Under the pieces are notes generated by a model. The model was not told the origin of the DNA. It saw nothing but the letters and a program-made list of their open reading frames with translations, and did no database searches. From assembly GCA_964431555.1 (NCBI GenBank), contig CAYSJW010000015.1, positions 41,573 to 105,572 of the forward strand: a stretch of DNA of 64,000 nt, written 5' to 3'. This DNA is from an uncultured Gammaproteobacteria bacterium (GTDB taxonomy: Bacteria > Patescibacteriota > Microgenomatia > UBA8517). This document shows, one piece after another, positions 19,342 through 28,503 of the stretch. The first letter of the stretch is position 1. The number at the start of each line of letters is the position of its first letter. The position numbers and the translations under genes were made by a program.

Positions 19342-20412
19342 ATGAATATAAATGATATAGACTACTATCTTCCCCGAGAATTAATCGCGCAAAAGCCGGC
19401 AAATCCAAGAGACACATCCAAACTCTTAATTCTTAATCGAAGTTCAGGTGAAATAAAACACACCATATTTCACAACATCACAGATCATTTAGGAAAAAAA
19501 GACGTTTTGGTCTTTAACAAATCAAAAGTTTTCCCGGCCAGACTTTATGGACGAAAAAAAAGTAAGGGAAAAGTAGAAGTTCTAATTTTAAGATTTCTCG
19601 GCAAAAGCGATTCTATTTGCGAAGTAATAACTAAACCCGGTCTTTTTCTTTATGAAAAAATTCTATTTGATGGTTTTGAAGGAAAGGTAATAAAAAGAAG
19701 CGGTTATATAACTGTCATGGAATTTAATCTCCCCTACCAAAAATTTCTAAAGAAAATTAATATCTTAGGTCATACTCCAATTCCTCCTTACATAAATAAA
19801 ACCGATCTATCAGAAAAAGAACTGCGGGAAAAATACCAAACTGTCTATGCCAAAACAGTTGGATCAGCAGCAGCCCCAACCGCAGGATTGCATTTCACAA
19901 AGGAACTCTTAAGGAAAATAGAAAAAAACGGCATCCAAACAGAATTTGTTACCCTTCACATCGGATTGGGAACTTTCGCTTCAATCAAAGAAAAGGACAT
20001 AGAAAAACACAAAATTTACAAAGAATACTTTGAAGCAGACCTTGAAACAATCAAACGCTTAAATAAAGCTAAAAGGAGTGGAAAAAGAATTATCGCTGTC
20101 GGAACAACAACCACCAGAGTTCTAGAAACCTTAGTTGACGAAGATTCAAAACTAGCTTCAAAATATAATTCAAATTTTACAAATCTTTACATCTACCCTC
20201 CTTACAAATTCAAATTCGTGGACGCGTTAATAACAAATTTTCACCTTCCCAAATCAACCTTGCTTGCCTTAATTAGTGCATTTGTTTCTTTTCCAAATAC
20301 AGAAAATATATTCACCAACTTTCAATCAAGTTTATTGGGTAAAGCATACGAAGAGGCAATTGCAAAAGAATACCGGTTTTTTTCTTTTGGAGACGCCATG
20401 TTTATAATATAA
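19342..20412 (+). CDS. queA: S-adenosylmethionine:tRNA ribosyltransferase-isomerase
   Basis: DYYLPRELIAQKP, PIPPYI, YQTVYA, AAPTAGLHFT, TNFHLPKSTL, YRFFSFGDAM. Confidence 0.97.
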   Translation: MNINDIDYYLPRELIAQKPANPRDTSKLLILNRSSGEIKHTIFHNITDHLGKKDVLVFNKSKVFPARLYGRKKSKGKVEVLILRFLGKSDSICEVITKPGLFLYEKILFDGFEGKVIKRSGYITVMEFNLPYQKFLKKINILGHTPIPPYINKTDLSEKELREKYQTVYAKTVGSAAAPTAGLHFTKELLRKIEKNGIQTEFVTLHIGLGTFASIKEKDIEKHKIYKEYFEADLETIKRLNKAKRSGKRIIAVGTTTTRVLETLVDEDSKLASKYNSNFTNLYIYPPYKFKFVDALITNFHLPKSTLLALISAFVSFPNTENIFTNFQSSLLGKAYEEAIAKEYRFFSFGDAMFII

Positions 20413-20424
20413 ATTTTAATTTTA

Positions 20425-21405
20425 CTATTGTGCGTTAATAAATTTCGGCTGTCCTACCGAAACCATGTATGTAGGCATTAGTTTATAATCGGAAATATTT
20501 CCATTTACATCGTAAATAAGCTCAACAGCAAGACCCTTTTTAGTTTCTTCACTCCACATTTGATCAAATACAAAGTTGCCCAATGAATAAAAAACTGGTT
20601 TTCCATTTATAAAATCCCAATCCTGCACCCAGTGGGGATGATGACCCATAATAACATCAGCTCCGTATTCCATTATTTCTTTTGCCAAAATCCGAACACT
20701 CTCTAAAGCCCTATCTCTGTATTCCACACCCCAATGCATAGAAACAACCAGAATATCAACTTCCTTATCAGATTCCAAAATTAAATCTACTTCATCCTTA
20801 TTTAACTTGGGATTAACTTGCTCTGACTTGTCAAAACCCAAAAAACCAAAGGTTAAACCTTTTTTTTCTATTTTCACCAGTTTACCCACTCCTGTAGTCA
20901 ATATTCCCGCTTCGGACAAATATCTAATCGTCTGATCAAGACCATTTTTACCGTAATTTTCAATATGATTATTAGCAAGATTTACAACATCAACACCGGA
21001 AAACTTTAAACCCTCAACAAAAGATTTACTTGTGCAAAAAATATAACCTGAATCCTTCATCGGACAAGAATCAATAATTGGACTCTCCAAATTAAAAAAG
21101 GCAATATCAGAACTTCTCAATGCGTTAGCAACCCATTTAAAAGGAAAGACAAAATCACCATCCTTGTAGCCTCTAATCATTACAGATCTTCCAAGCATTA
21201 CATCTCCTGCTAAAAATAGACTAACTTTACTTTTCTCATCTTTTGAATTTTTTAGGTTGTAAATGTCAAGATTATTTGAATTCTCACTTCTTTTAAGATC
21301 ATAAAAATAGAAAAATTTAAAAAACAATAAGGAAGACAAAAAAGTAACGAAAAAGACCAAAAAACACAAAACCAACCAATGAAGAAACTTCAGAAGGTTA
21401 GTCAC
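20425..21405 (-). CDS. CapA-family metallophosphatase, membrane anchored
   Basis: GDVMLGR, NLESPI, NLANNH, MHWGVEY, GHHPH, YSLGNFVFDQ. Confidence 0.92.
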   Translation of the reverse strand: MTNLLKFLHWLVLCFLVFFVTFLSSLLFFKFFYFYDLKRSENSNNLDIYNLKNSKDEKSKVSLFLAGDVMLGRSVMIRGYKDGDFVFPFKWVANALRSSDIAFFNLESPIIDSCPMKDSGYIFCTSKSFVEGLKFSGVDVVNLANNHIENYGKNGLDQTIRYLSEAGILTTGVGKLVKIEKKGLTFGFLGFDKSEQVNPKLNKDEVDLILESDKEVDILVVSMHWGVEYRDRALESVRILAKEIMEYGADVIMGHHPHWVQDWDFINGKPVFYSLGNFVFDQMWSEETKKGLAVELIYDVNGNISDYKLMPTYMVSVGQPKFINAQ

Positions 21406-21414
21406 ATTTTATAC

Positions 21415-21516
21415 TTACCTTCCCCCTAATGATGCAAGGATTCCAACCACCACTACGGCTAGAACCGCACACGCAATAAGGGTATTTACTAACTCCTTAT
21501 GCTGATCCTTTGACAT
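21415..21516 (-). CDS. Small single-TM protein (33 aa), not in the ORF track
   Basis: MSKDQHKELVNTLIACAVLAVVVVGILASLGGR fills the gap between two co-oriented genes. Confidence 0.65.
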   Translation of the reverse strand: MSKDQHKELVNTLIACAVLAVVVVGILASLGGR

Positions 21517-21522
21517 ATTCTT

Positions 21523-22350
21523 TTATAAAGCCAAAAGCACCGCTCCCGCGATAACCAATATACCAAAGCCAACACTCAACAAAGTAGGCAAGGAAAAACC
21601 TGCATCAGGAAGATTTCCACCTGCTCCAGCTGTAGGAGTTGGTGTCAAAGTTTTTGTAGGGGTTGCTGTAACAGAAGCGGTAGGTGTTGCTGTAACTGTC
21701 AATTTTAAGGTTGGAGTGGGGGTAGTTGTTACCTTAACTGAAGGTGTAGGTGAAGCAGTAACTGATCCAGCAATCGAATAACTACCTGTGCTTGTGGGAA
21801 CAAGCAAAATATCCTGCCCATCACTTTTTCTGGTTATAACAGAGTTTGCGTTATCAAATCGAATAACAAATGGTGAAACCTGCGGGCTTCTTTCAACATT
21901 CAGTTTTATATTTGCTAAAAGCGTTTCGCTTGTCGTTGTAAAACCTGCTGCTGAAGTATTTGCACAACCTATATCTATAATTACAACATCTCCACTCAAG
22001 GAGGAGTCTTGAGTGGGACAAGTCCAGTCACCCGATGACAAAAGTGAAGAATTTATTTCAATCGATGAAACAGTTATTTCTGGGGTAGAACCGGTAAAGG
22101 GATAGGTTAATCTAATAGCTACTCCGTTAACAATAACACCTTTAGGATTAAAATAAACACTTGTATTTATAGTATCCCCTACATTATAAGTACCCGTCTG
22201 GGGGTTTATAGAAACCGTTGCACTACCTGTGGGAGTTGATGCCTGTTCTTCTATATTTTGCTTTTCTTTAAGAAGCATTAAACCAGCAACAAAACCGCCT
22301 ATCGCGACAACTATAATTATCAAAGCTACAAAAACCTTCTTGGCAGACAT
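21523..22350 (-). CDS. Surface protein: N-terminal TM, cohesin-like domain, PT-rich linker, LPDAG motif plus C-terminal TM
   Basis: Beta-rich SINPQTGTYNVGDTINTSV domain, TPTPT repeats, LPDAG followed by a hydrophobic tail. Confidence 0.75.
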   Translation of the reverse strand: MSAKKVFVALIIIVVAIGGFVAGLMLLKEKQNIEEQASTPTGSATVSINPQTGTYNVGDTINTSVYFNPKGVIVNGVAIRLTYPFTGSTPEITVSSIEINSSLLSSGDWTCPTQDSSLSGDVVIIDIGCANTSAAGFTTTSETLLANIKLNVERSPQVSPFVIRFDNANSVITRKSDGQDILLVPTSTGSYSIAGSVTASPTPSVKVTTTPTPTLKLTVTATPTASVTATPTKTLTPTPTAGAGGNLPDAGFSLPTLLSVGFGILVIAGAVLLAL

Positions 22351-22515
22351 ACTTTTATCTTTATAAATTATTAAAGCATGACTAATAACATCTTTGCAAG
22401 TCCTATTTTAGGTTTAAAATAAATTACCATTTCAAAAAACTTAAATTCATAATTTCTACTATATTTTTATACCCTATTTCTATTAAAATAATAAATAAAG
22501 TCTTACGTCACCATT

Positions 22516-22588
22516 GCCGTCGTAGCTCAGATGGTAGAGCGTGCCCTTGGTAAGGGCAAGGTCACCGGTTCAATCCCGGTCGACGGCT
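22516..22588 (+). tRNA. tRNA-Thr(GGT)
   Basis: Acceptor GCCGTCG/CGACGGC, TGCCC-TTGGTAA-GGGCA, TTCAATC; CCA not encoded. Confidence 0.96.
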
Positions 22589-22697
22589 CAAAATAAATTT
22601 GAAAATGTAAAATAAAGAAAAATTATTTCAAATATCGACAAGATAAAATCACAAGTGTTATAATCCTTTTGTTTAAAAAATTTAGATTCATCAAAAT

Positions 22698-22871
22698 ATG
22701 GCCAAAAAAGGAGCAAGAGAAATAGTTGGATTAATTTGTCCAAACTGCAAAAGTCAAAATTACGTAACTACACGTAACAAGATTAATATTGAAGGAAAAT
22801 TGACACTAAAAAAATACTGTAAAATCTGCAAAAAAGTAACTCTACATAAAGAAACTACAAAATTAAAGTAA
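22698..22871 (+). CDS. rpmG: 50S ribosomal protein bL33 (zinc-binding type)
   Basis: 57 aa MAKKGAREIVGLICPNCKSQNYVTTRNK...LKKYCKICKKVTLHKE; between tRNA-Thr and tRNA-Trp. Confidence 0.96.
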   Translation: MAKKGAREIVGLICPNCKSQNYVTTRNKINIEGKLTLKKYCKICKKVTLHKETTKLK

Positions 22872-23050
22872 TATAATCAAATTAAAAATATCCTTTCTTT
22901 ATTTTTTCAAAAAATCTGGCAATTTAAAAAATAATTTTTAACTTTAAGAAGAATTTAAATATTGATATAATTAACCAACTTTATAAAAAAATATATTTTT
23001 TAAACATAATTTTCATTTTAAAAATTCAAAAAAAATCTAAGTAAAAACAA

Positions 23051-23124
23051 AGGGGTGTCGTTCAGTGGTAGGACCCGGGTCTCCAAAACCCGTGACGGGG
23101 GTTCAATTCCCTCCACCCCTGCCA
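23051..23124 (+). tRNA. tRNA-Trp(CCA)
   Basis: Acceptor AGGGGTG/CACCCCT, CGGGT-CTCCAAA-ACCCG, encoded CCA end. Confidence 0.96.
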
Positions 23125-23313
23125 ACTATTAAACTCCCCACATTATCACTACTTTAATTACTAATATTCTATTTATCGTTCGAAAGATATCTGCCATTTA
23201 AAACTTTTCAAACTTCCTTCTTAACTTAAACTTTGAGAAAGATTGAACTTTGAGATAAACTAATTACTTACTAAGAATTAAAACATTAAATTCATTTTAA
23301 TTTTAATATTCAT

Positions 23314-23355
23314 TCCGAAAGGTTTGAACCTAATCAACCCGTCGGGTTTGAACCT
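23314..23355. repeat. REP-like element family 2, copy B
   Basis: Inverted near-copy (38/42) of 1456-1497. Confidence 0.8.
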
Positions 23356-23376
23356 AAATTATTTAAATTAAAACAT

Positions 23377-23940
23377 TCATGATTGTAATAAGATATGATC
23401 GATTAAAATTTTTATACTTATTACGATTAAAATAATTCCGCCAAGAATTCTTGCTTTATCATGAAGTAATTTCACACCTCTTAATCCAAAAAAACAACCG
23501 ACGAAAGAAATTATAAAGGTAACCAATCCAACTAATGGTGCGACGAATATCAAAGCTAACTTGAATACGGTAATGCTCACTCCAACAAACAATGCGTCTA
23601 TACTCGTTGCAAATGCTAAAGTAAACAAAAATTTAAAATTTGGACTATAACCACTTGATAATAAAATATTTTTATATTTACTACCTCTTAGCATTCTTAA
23701 ACCAATAAGAAAAAGAAGAAGAAAAGCCAACCAATGATCCAGACCTGAAAATAAGTGTAAAAATTTTTTATTGATTAAAACACCAAACATCAACATTAAA
23801 GAATGAAAAATTCCGAATATTAAACCTATACTCACACCAAAAGAAAGAAATTTTTTTCTTGACAAATTTCCCCCCAAAACCATAGAAACACCAAAACAAT
23901 CCATTGAAAGTCCCAATGTTATAAGCAAAATATTAAACAT
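23377..23940 (-). CDS. mntP: Manganese efflux pump MntP family
   Basis: LSMDCFGVS, DHWLAFLLLFLIG, ATSIDAL motifs; six TM segments. Confidence 0.9.
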   Translation of the reverse strand: MFNILLITLGLSMDCFGVSMVLGGNLSRKKFLSFGVSIGLIFGIFHSLMLMFGVLINKKFLHLFSGLDHWLAFLLLFLIGLRMLRGSKYKNILLSSGYSPNFKFLFTLAFATSIDALFVGVSITVFKLALIFVAPLVGLVTFIISFVGCFFGLRGVKLLHDKARILGGIILIVISIKILIDHILLQS

Positions 23941-23974
23941 AAGCTCCTAAAAAGTATAGTGAAGAAATACGTTT

Positions 23975-24076
23975 GTTTAAAGGGTATTCGTTAAATTGTC
24001 TCTAAACAAGGATTTTAGACACTCTTTTTTAAATATAATTTAGAACTCTCCTTCTTAAAATCTACTTCCCCCAAAA
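23975..24076 (-). promoter_or_regulatory. Possible degenerate yybP-ykoY (Mn2+) riboswitch
   Basis: Upstream of mntP: UUGGGGGAAGUAG and AAGGAGAGU...CGAAUACCCUU resemble the GGGGAGUA...CGAGACC core; poor overall match. Confidence 0.3.
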
Positions 24077-24140
24077 TATGATTTTTATAGATAAAAACAA
24101 AATATTTACAACATACATAATTCCTTGTATTATCTTTATC

Positions 24141-24680
24141 ATGAATAAGAACTTTGCCTACATAGGCCTGATTATTTTAGCAATAACTATCACTACAGCA
24201 ATAATAATAAGAAATAATAATGTTCAAAAAAAATTTGAAGATGCTTCATCAATTACTCCCCTGCCAAAAGATAGTCAGATTTTTGATAACAACTCCGCAA
24301 CTTCATCATCAGAAAATGCTCAAACAGAAGATTTAACCACTCCTGCACAGGAAGTAACCGAACTTTTAGTCGAAGATTTGGTAGTAGGAACAGGTGCTGA
24401 AGCAATACCAGGAAAGAAAGTAACAGTGAATTATAAAGGCTTACTAACCAACGGAATTGTATTTGACAGCTCCTATAAAAGAAACCAACCATTTAGTTTT
24501 ACTTTAGGTATAGGCCAGGTTATTAAGGGTTGGGACCAGGGAGTCGCAGGAATGAAAGTTGGCGGAAAAAGAAAATTAACAATTCCTCCAGATTTAGGCT
24601 ACGGCTCTCGTGATATGGGAACAATCCCCCCAAACTCTACACTAATCTTTGAAGTCGAGTTACTGGAAGTCAAAGATTAG
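24141..24680 (+). CDS. FKBP-type peptidyl-prolyl isomerase with N-terminal anchor
   Basis: [47 protein letters not shown]; probable start ATG 24141. Confidence 0.95.
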   Translation: MNKNFAYIGLIILAITITTAIIIRNNNVQKKFEDASSITPLPKDSQIFDNNSATSSSENAQTEDLTTPAQEVTELLVEDLVVGTGAEAIPGKKVTVNYKGLLTNGIVFDSSYKRNQPFSFTLGIGQVIKGWDQGVAGMKVGGKRKLTIPPDLGYGSRDMGTIPPNSTLIFEVELLEVKD

Positions 24681-24758
24681 AAATTGTGATTTAGAAATAA
24701 ACTTATCTATCAAACCCGACAAGTTAAAACTTAAAACCTTATTCGCTTAATTGCTTAA

Positions 24759-26297
24759 TTAACGTTTTGTAGTAGCAAAAATAATCTCGTTACCATTATT
24801 ATCCTCGTCATCCATATCGGCTAAACCAAAAAACATTCTTTCATAATTTGATAAGGGAGGTAAAGAATCAGCTATTGTATTACATCGTCTCTTAAAATCT
24901 GGCAGCCAGCTAATATATTCCCTAGCTTCATCAGGATTAAATTCAAAACCGTCCAAAGAAATTAATTTCTTCATTTCAAGTGCCTCTCTTGTAGTGTCAA
25001 TTATAAAACCAGAAGTTAATGAATACTTTAATGCAAATTCTCTATCAATTTGTTTTCCCAATTTTCTTAGCAACCATTCAACAACATCTGTTTCAGAAAG
25101 GCCAGTATCAAACTTAAAAAATGGAAACTTACTATGAGCTGACTCAAGAAGTTCCATTATATTCCTATCAACCCTTCCACTTTTTTCGGTTTGTCCCATC
25201 TCCCGCATAATGTAATAAAGCCTTTGGGCATATAAAGGTTGCACATCTGGAGGTTTGCTCCTCCACTTATTAATTAAAAGCAAAGCATAAAGCCGAAAAT
25301 CAAAATGCTTACCATTCTCTAACATGAACCAAGCTCCTTTCATCTTCTCTTCAGCAATAAACTTAATAATCCTTGCTCCTGCTCTCGGTTTAATAAGATA
25401 AATAACCTCACCTTCTACCTTTAGAGGAAAGACATCGGACCCATACAATGCTTTAGTGGCAACCTCCCTCCCAGACACAGTAAATATTCCTGTTTCAAAA
25501 GATCTCTTAGCATCGTCTGAATAATGTAATCCCTCAAAATCCAAATATACCTGATTTGGTTCTACATCGCGCCCCGCACAATATTCACCAAAATTATCAT
25601 TAAACACAATTTCTATACCGTCCTCAGACATACCCAAAGCCAAAGCCACTCTATAATCCTCGGGGTTATTACCTAAAATTATTCCATCTCTATCAGACAT
25701 TGGATACTCTGAAAAAAGCAAGTCGTCGCTCTCCCTAAAATAACGCTTGCCAATAGCTCTTGCATCTCCCCCCTTGAGTCTAATTCTTGGATTTATGGGA
25801 ATATCATAATAACCTAGTAAATTTTTATTGTTATCATAAACTCTTACTCTTCTTACATCTACTCCATTAATTTTAAATTCAGTAATTTCAAGCCTATCAG
25901 GATATTCTTTCTTCATTTGCTCAAATGAAACAAAATTGTGTTTATACTGCTCATAATCTTTAAAAGCCGTAGGTTCAGCTAATCTTTGAGAAATTGAGGC
26001 AATACCCGCTTTAAAGCAATATATAATTTCTTCATCTTTTAATCCTTTTGCTCTTCTTTGTCTAATTTCTCTTAAACCATCTCTTAATATTCCCCTCGCT
26101 TCTTCCTGAATATATGGGTCTTCTATTTTTCTTATCTTTAACCTTATTAAATTCGCTAAAGCTACTGCTCTAGGCGACCATTCAGAAACCGGATAAAATT
26201 CTCCAGAGAAGTAGTTATACTCCGGCTTTACAATACTTGGTAGTTCGGCAACAATTTTACGAATAGCAACCCTTCTTTGATCAATTTCTTTTAACAT
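24759..26297 (-). CDS. Divergent class II nucleotidyltransferase (CCA-adding/poly(A) polymerase-like head domain)
   Basis: Ordered motifs LKGGDAR, PMSDRD (DxD), RDVEPNQ (cf. RDFTINA), RAGARIIKF (cf. RxLRxxRF). Confidence 0.55.
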   Translation of the reverse strand: MLKEIDQRRVAIRKIVAELPSIVKPEYNYFSGEFYPVSEWSPRAVALANLIRLKIRKIEDPYIQEEARGILRDGLREIRQRRAKGLKDEEIIYCFKAGIASISQRLAEPTAFKDYEQYKHNFVSFEQMKKEYPDRLEITEFKINGVDVRRVRVYDNNKNLLGYYDIPINPRIRLKGGDARAIGKRYFRESDDLLFSEYPMSDRDGIILGNNPEDYRVALALGMSEDGIEIVFNDNFGEYCAGRDVEPNQVYLDFEGLHYSDDAKRSFETGIFTVSGREVATKALYGSDVFPLKVEGEVIYLIKPRAGARIIKFIAEEKMKGAWFMLENGKHFDFRLYALLLINKWRSKPPDVQPLYAQRLYYIMREMGQTEKSGRVDRNIMELLESAHSKFPFFKFDTGLSETDVVEWLLRKLGKQIDREFALKYSLTSGFIIDTTREALEMKKLISLDGFEFNPDEAREYISWLPDFKRRCNTIADSLPPLSNYERMFFGLADMDDEDNNGNEIIFATTKR

Positions 26298-26677
26298 AAA
26301 TAGAGGATTTTATACAAATTGATTCTAATAGTCAAAAAACAAACCCTAAGAAGTATAACAAGTAAAAAACTATCCTTTTTTCTTGGAACTTTTCTGAATA
26401 AAAAACTTAATTCAATCTACAGTCTAAAACTTATTAATTACCAATTTTGCATCCGTTAATAAATAACTTTGAAACATTTTTAATAATTCTAAAAATAAGA
26501 TTGTTTTTTAGTTTATTCTATTGAAGCATCACAAATTAAACTTTTATCATTTCACCTCACCAACAATTTGAAAAAAAATCCTTGCTAAACTACATTGATG
26601 ATTCGAATCATCGATACACTTGAATAAAACGTCAAAAGGAAGTTGAGGTACCTTGTGAATATTTATTTCTACCTCCC

Positions 26678-27442
26678 TCACTGTTTTGCCTTTTTTCTTT
26701 TTAAATACAACCTCTCACTTTCCAACAGCTCCTCTTTCGTATTAACCCCTATACCAACATACTCAAAGGGAACTTTAAGACCGACCACAAACTTACCCTC
26801 ATCCACAGCAGTTTTAACCAAATCAGTCAGATAATACTCACCGGAGGCAGATGATTTTTTCAGCTTTTTCAAGGCAGATCTTAAGAACTCCCAGCGAAAA
26901 CAGTACAAGCCGGCGTTAAGCTCCTTAATTTGTTTTTGTTTACCGGTTGCATCTTTCTGCTCAACAATTGCTTTAAAATTCCCAAATTTATCCCTAATAA
27001 TTCTCCCCCAAGCCAGCAAATTAGGAAATTTATACTCACAAGTTACTATACTTAAGACTGCTTTGCTTTTATCCAAAATTTTAATCAGTTTCTTTATAAT
27101 TTTCTTTGTATAAAACATCATATGATCACCATATCCAACCAAAACATATTTAGGATTAAGATTTTTCTTTTGAATTTCTTCAACTGCAACCTTTGTAGCA
27201 TGACCAGTCCCTAAACGTTTCCTTTGCTTTACAAAGATAATCTTCGGATTATTTCCCACCGCCTCAATCACGCCCTTAGCTCCAACACCAACAACAACAA
27301 AAATATACTCAGCGACCTTCAAAAACAAATCAGAAGAGTATCTTACAAGAGGCTTTCCGGCAAAATAGCTTACAGTTTTATTAAATCCCTTTGCTTTGAA
27401 TCTTTTTCCTTTCCCTGCAGCTAAAATAATACCAATAATCAT
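26678..27442 (-). CDS. GlmU-like uridylyltransferase, N-terminal domain only
   Basis: IILAAGKGKRF, QRKRLGTGHA, IVEQKDAT, ELNAGLYCF, GEYYLTD; no hexapeptide-repeat domain. Confidence 0.88.
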   Translation of the reverse strand: MIIGIILAAGKGKRFKAKGFNKTVSYFAGKPLVRYSSDLFLKVAEYIFVVVGVGAKGVIEAVGNNPKIIFVKQRKRLGTGHATKVAVEEIQKKNLNPKYVLVGYGDHMMFYTKKIIKKLIKILDKSKAVLSIVTCEYKFPNLLAWGRIIRDKFGNFKAIVEQKDATGKQKQIKELNAGLYCFRWEFLRSALKKLKKSSASGEYYLTDLVKTAVDEGKFVVGLKVPFEYVGIGVNTKEELLESERLYLKRKKAKQ

Positions 27443-27495
27443 ATATGGTTACTATAAAATAACTCCTTTAAAAACTGCAGTTAGTAAAAAATTCA

Positions 27496-27813
27496 CTAAA
27501 AAGAATCACTTCCCCAAAGTTTCTGGAATATTTTTGTAAGCTCAACAACACGCTTATCAGCAATTTTATATATAGCCTTTTGTCCCTCTCTTCTAACAGA
27601 AACAATTTTTAGATAACGCAATATAGTCAAATGCTGTGAAGTATTTGGCTTCCTAATTTTCAATATTTCAGAAAGCTCATCTAATGAAACGTCACGATCT
27701 TTAAGGATATCTATTATTTTAAGACGGAGTGGATTTGCTAGGAGTTTATAAACTTCAGCGTTCCTTTGATAATCTATTTTTTGCATTTTTGACTGGTTTT
27801 CCGTCTTTTTCAT
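27496..27813 (-). CDS. ArsR/SmtB-family transcriptional regulator
   Basis: YKLLANPLRLKII...SQHLTILR...VRREGQKAIY; start 27813 or 27786 (the ORF-track start crosses a terminator). Confidence 0.9.
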   Translation of the reverse strand: MKKTENQSKMQKIDYQRNAEVYKLLANPLRLKIIDILKDRDVSLDELSEILKIRKPNTSQHLTILRYLKIVSVRREGQKAIYKIADKRVVELTKIFQKLWGSDSF

Positions 27814-27873
27814 GGTGGCAGTATATTCTACACCATTTGTAAAGATTTTAATAACACCAGTTTTTACAAACCT

Positions 27874-27907
27874 AAAAGGAGGTGTTAAAAAACACCTCCT
27901 TTTTTTT
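27874..27907. terminator. Intrinsic terminator, potentially bidirectional
   Basis: AAAAGGAGGTGTT-AAAA-AACACCTCCTTTT hairpin with A/T tracts, just after the 27924 gene. Confidence 0.85.
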
Positions 27908-27923
27908 GAAAAATAGGTCAAAT

Positions 27924-28427
27924 TTATTGACCGCCACCCATCATAAATCTCCCTCCCGGTTTGACTAACCCATTCATTCCAAACCCCTTTCCAAAACCCA
28001 TACCCAAACAACCTAAATTAGTTTCATTAATTCCCTCTGATTTAAGCCAGTTTCTAAATTCTTCTTGAATAGACTGCATTTTCTCCCTTCTTTCTTCAAA
28101 TGACAAATTTCTGGCTTTCTCCATTTCATCATTTATTTTTTCATGCCAATCCAAAATCGCCTCTTTTTGAGCTTTTGAAATCTTTCCTTCAGAAACTAAA
28201 TCATCCAACCTATCGGCAAAACGTGCAAATTTTTCTGCCCTTCTCTCATCTCTCTCCTCATCAAAAACTTTTTCAACTTCGCTTACATTCAGACTGAAAC
28301 GATCGGCAATTCTTTGAACTATCGGAGGATAATTGGAAGTCTCAAGCGCTTTGGCATTACTTGCTAAAATCCCTACAAGTAAAACCGACAAAGCCAAAAT
28401 TGATGGTAAGATTATTTTCTTTCGCAT
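27924..28427 (-). CDS. Secreted helical protein, probable target of the adjacent two-component system
   Basis: Signal peptide, E/R-rich helices, G/M-rich tail; strong SD GGAGGTGA. Confidence 0.8.
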   Translation of the reverse strand: MRKKIILPSILALSVLLVGILASNAKALETSNYPPIVQRIADRFSLNVSEVEKVFDEERDERRAEKFARFADRLDDLVSEGKISKAQKEAILDWHEKINDEMEKARNLSFEERREKMQSIQEEFRNWLKSEGINETNLGCLGMGFGKGFGMNGLVKPGGRFMMGGGQ

Positions 28428-28467
28428 TCTTTATTCACCTCCTCCCTGGCATATTATTATTTTCAAA

Positions 28468-28499
28468 ATTTTATAGGTACTTTCTGAGAAAAGGCTTAA
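28468..28499 (-). promoter_or_regulatory. OmpR-type direct repeat plus -10 box
   Basis: TTAAG-N6-CTCAG, 10 nt, TAAAAT on the minus strand. Confidence 0.45.
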
Positions 28500-28503
28500 A
28501 AAA

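Noticed and set aside
21415-21516. Small TM peptide as an Flp pilin
   Set aside because: No G/xxxxEY processing motif.
27814-28011. Long N-terminus of the ArsR ORF
   Set aside because: Crosses a terminator and overlaps the upstream gene.
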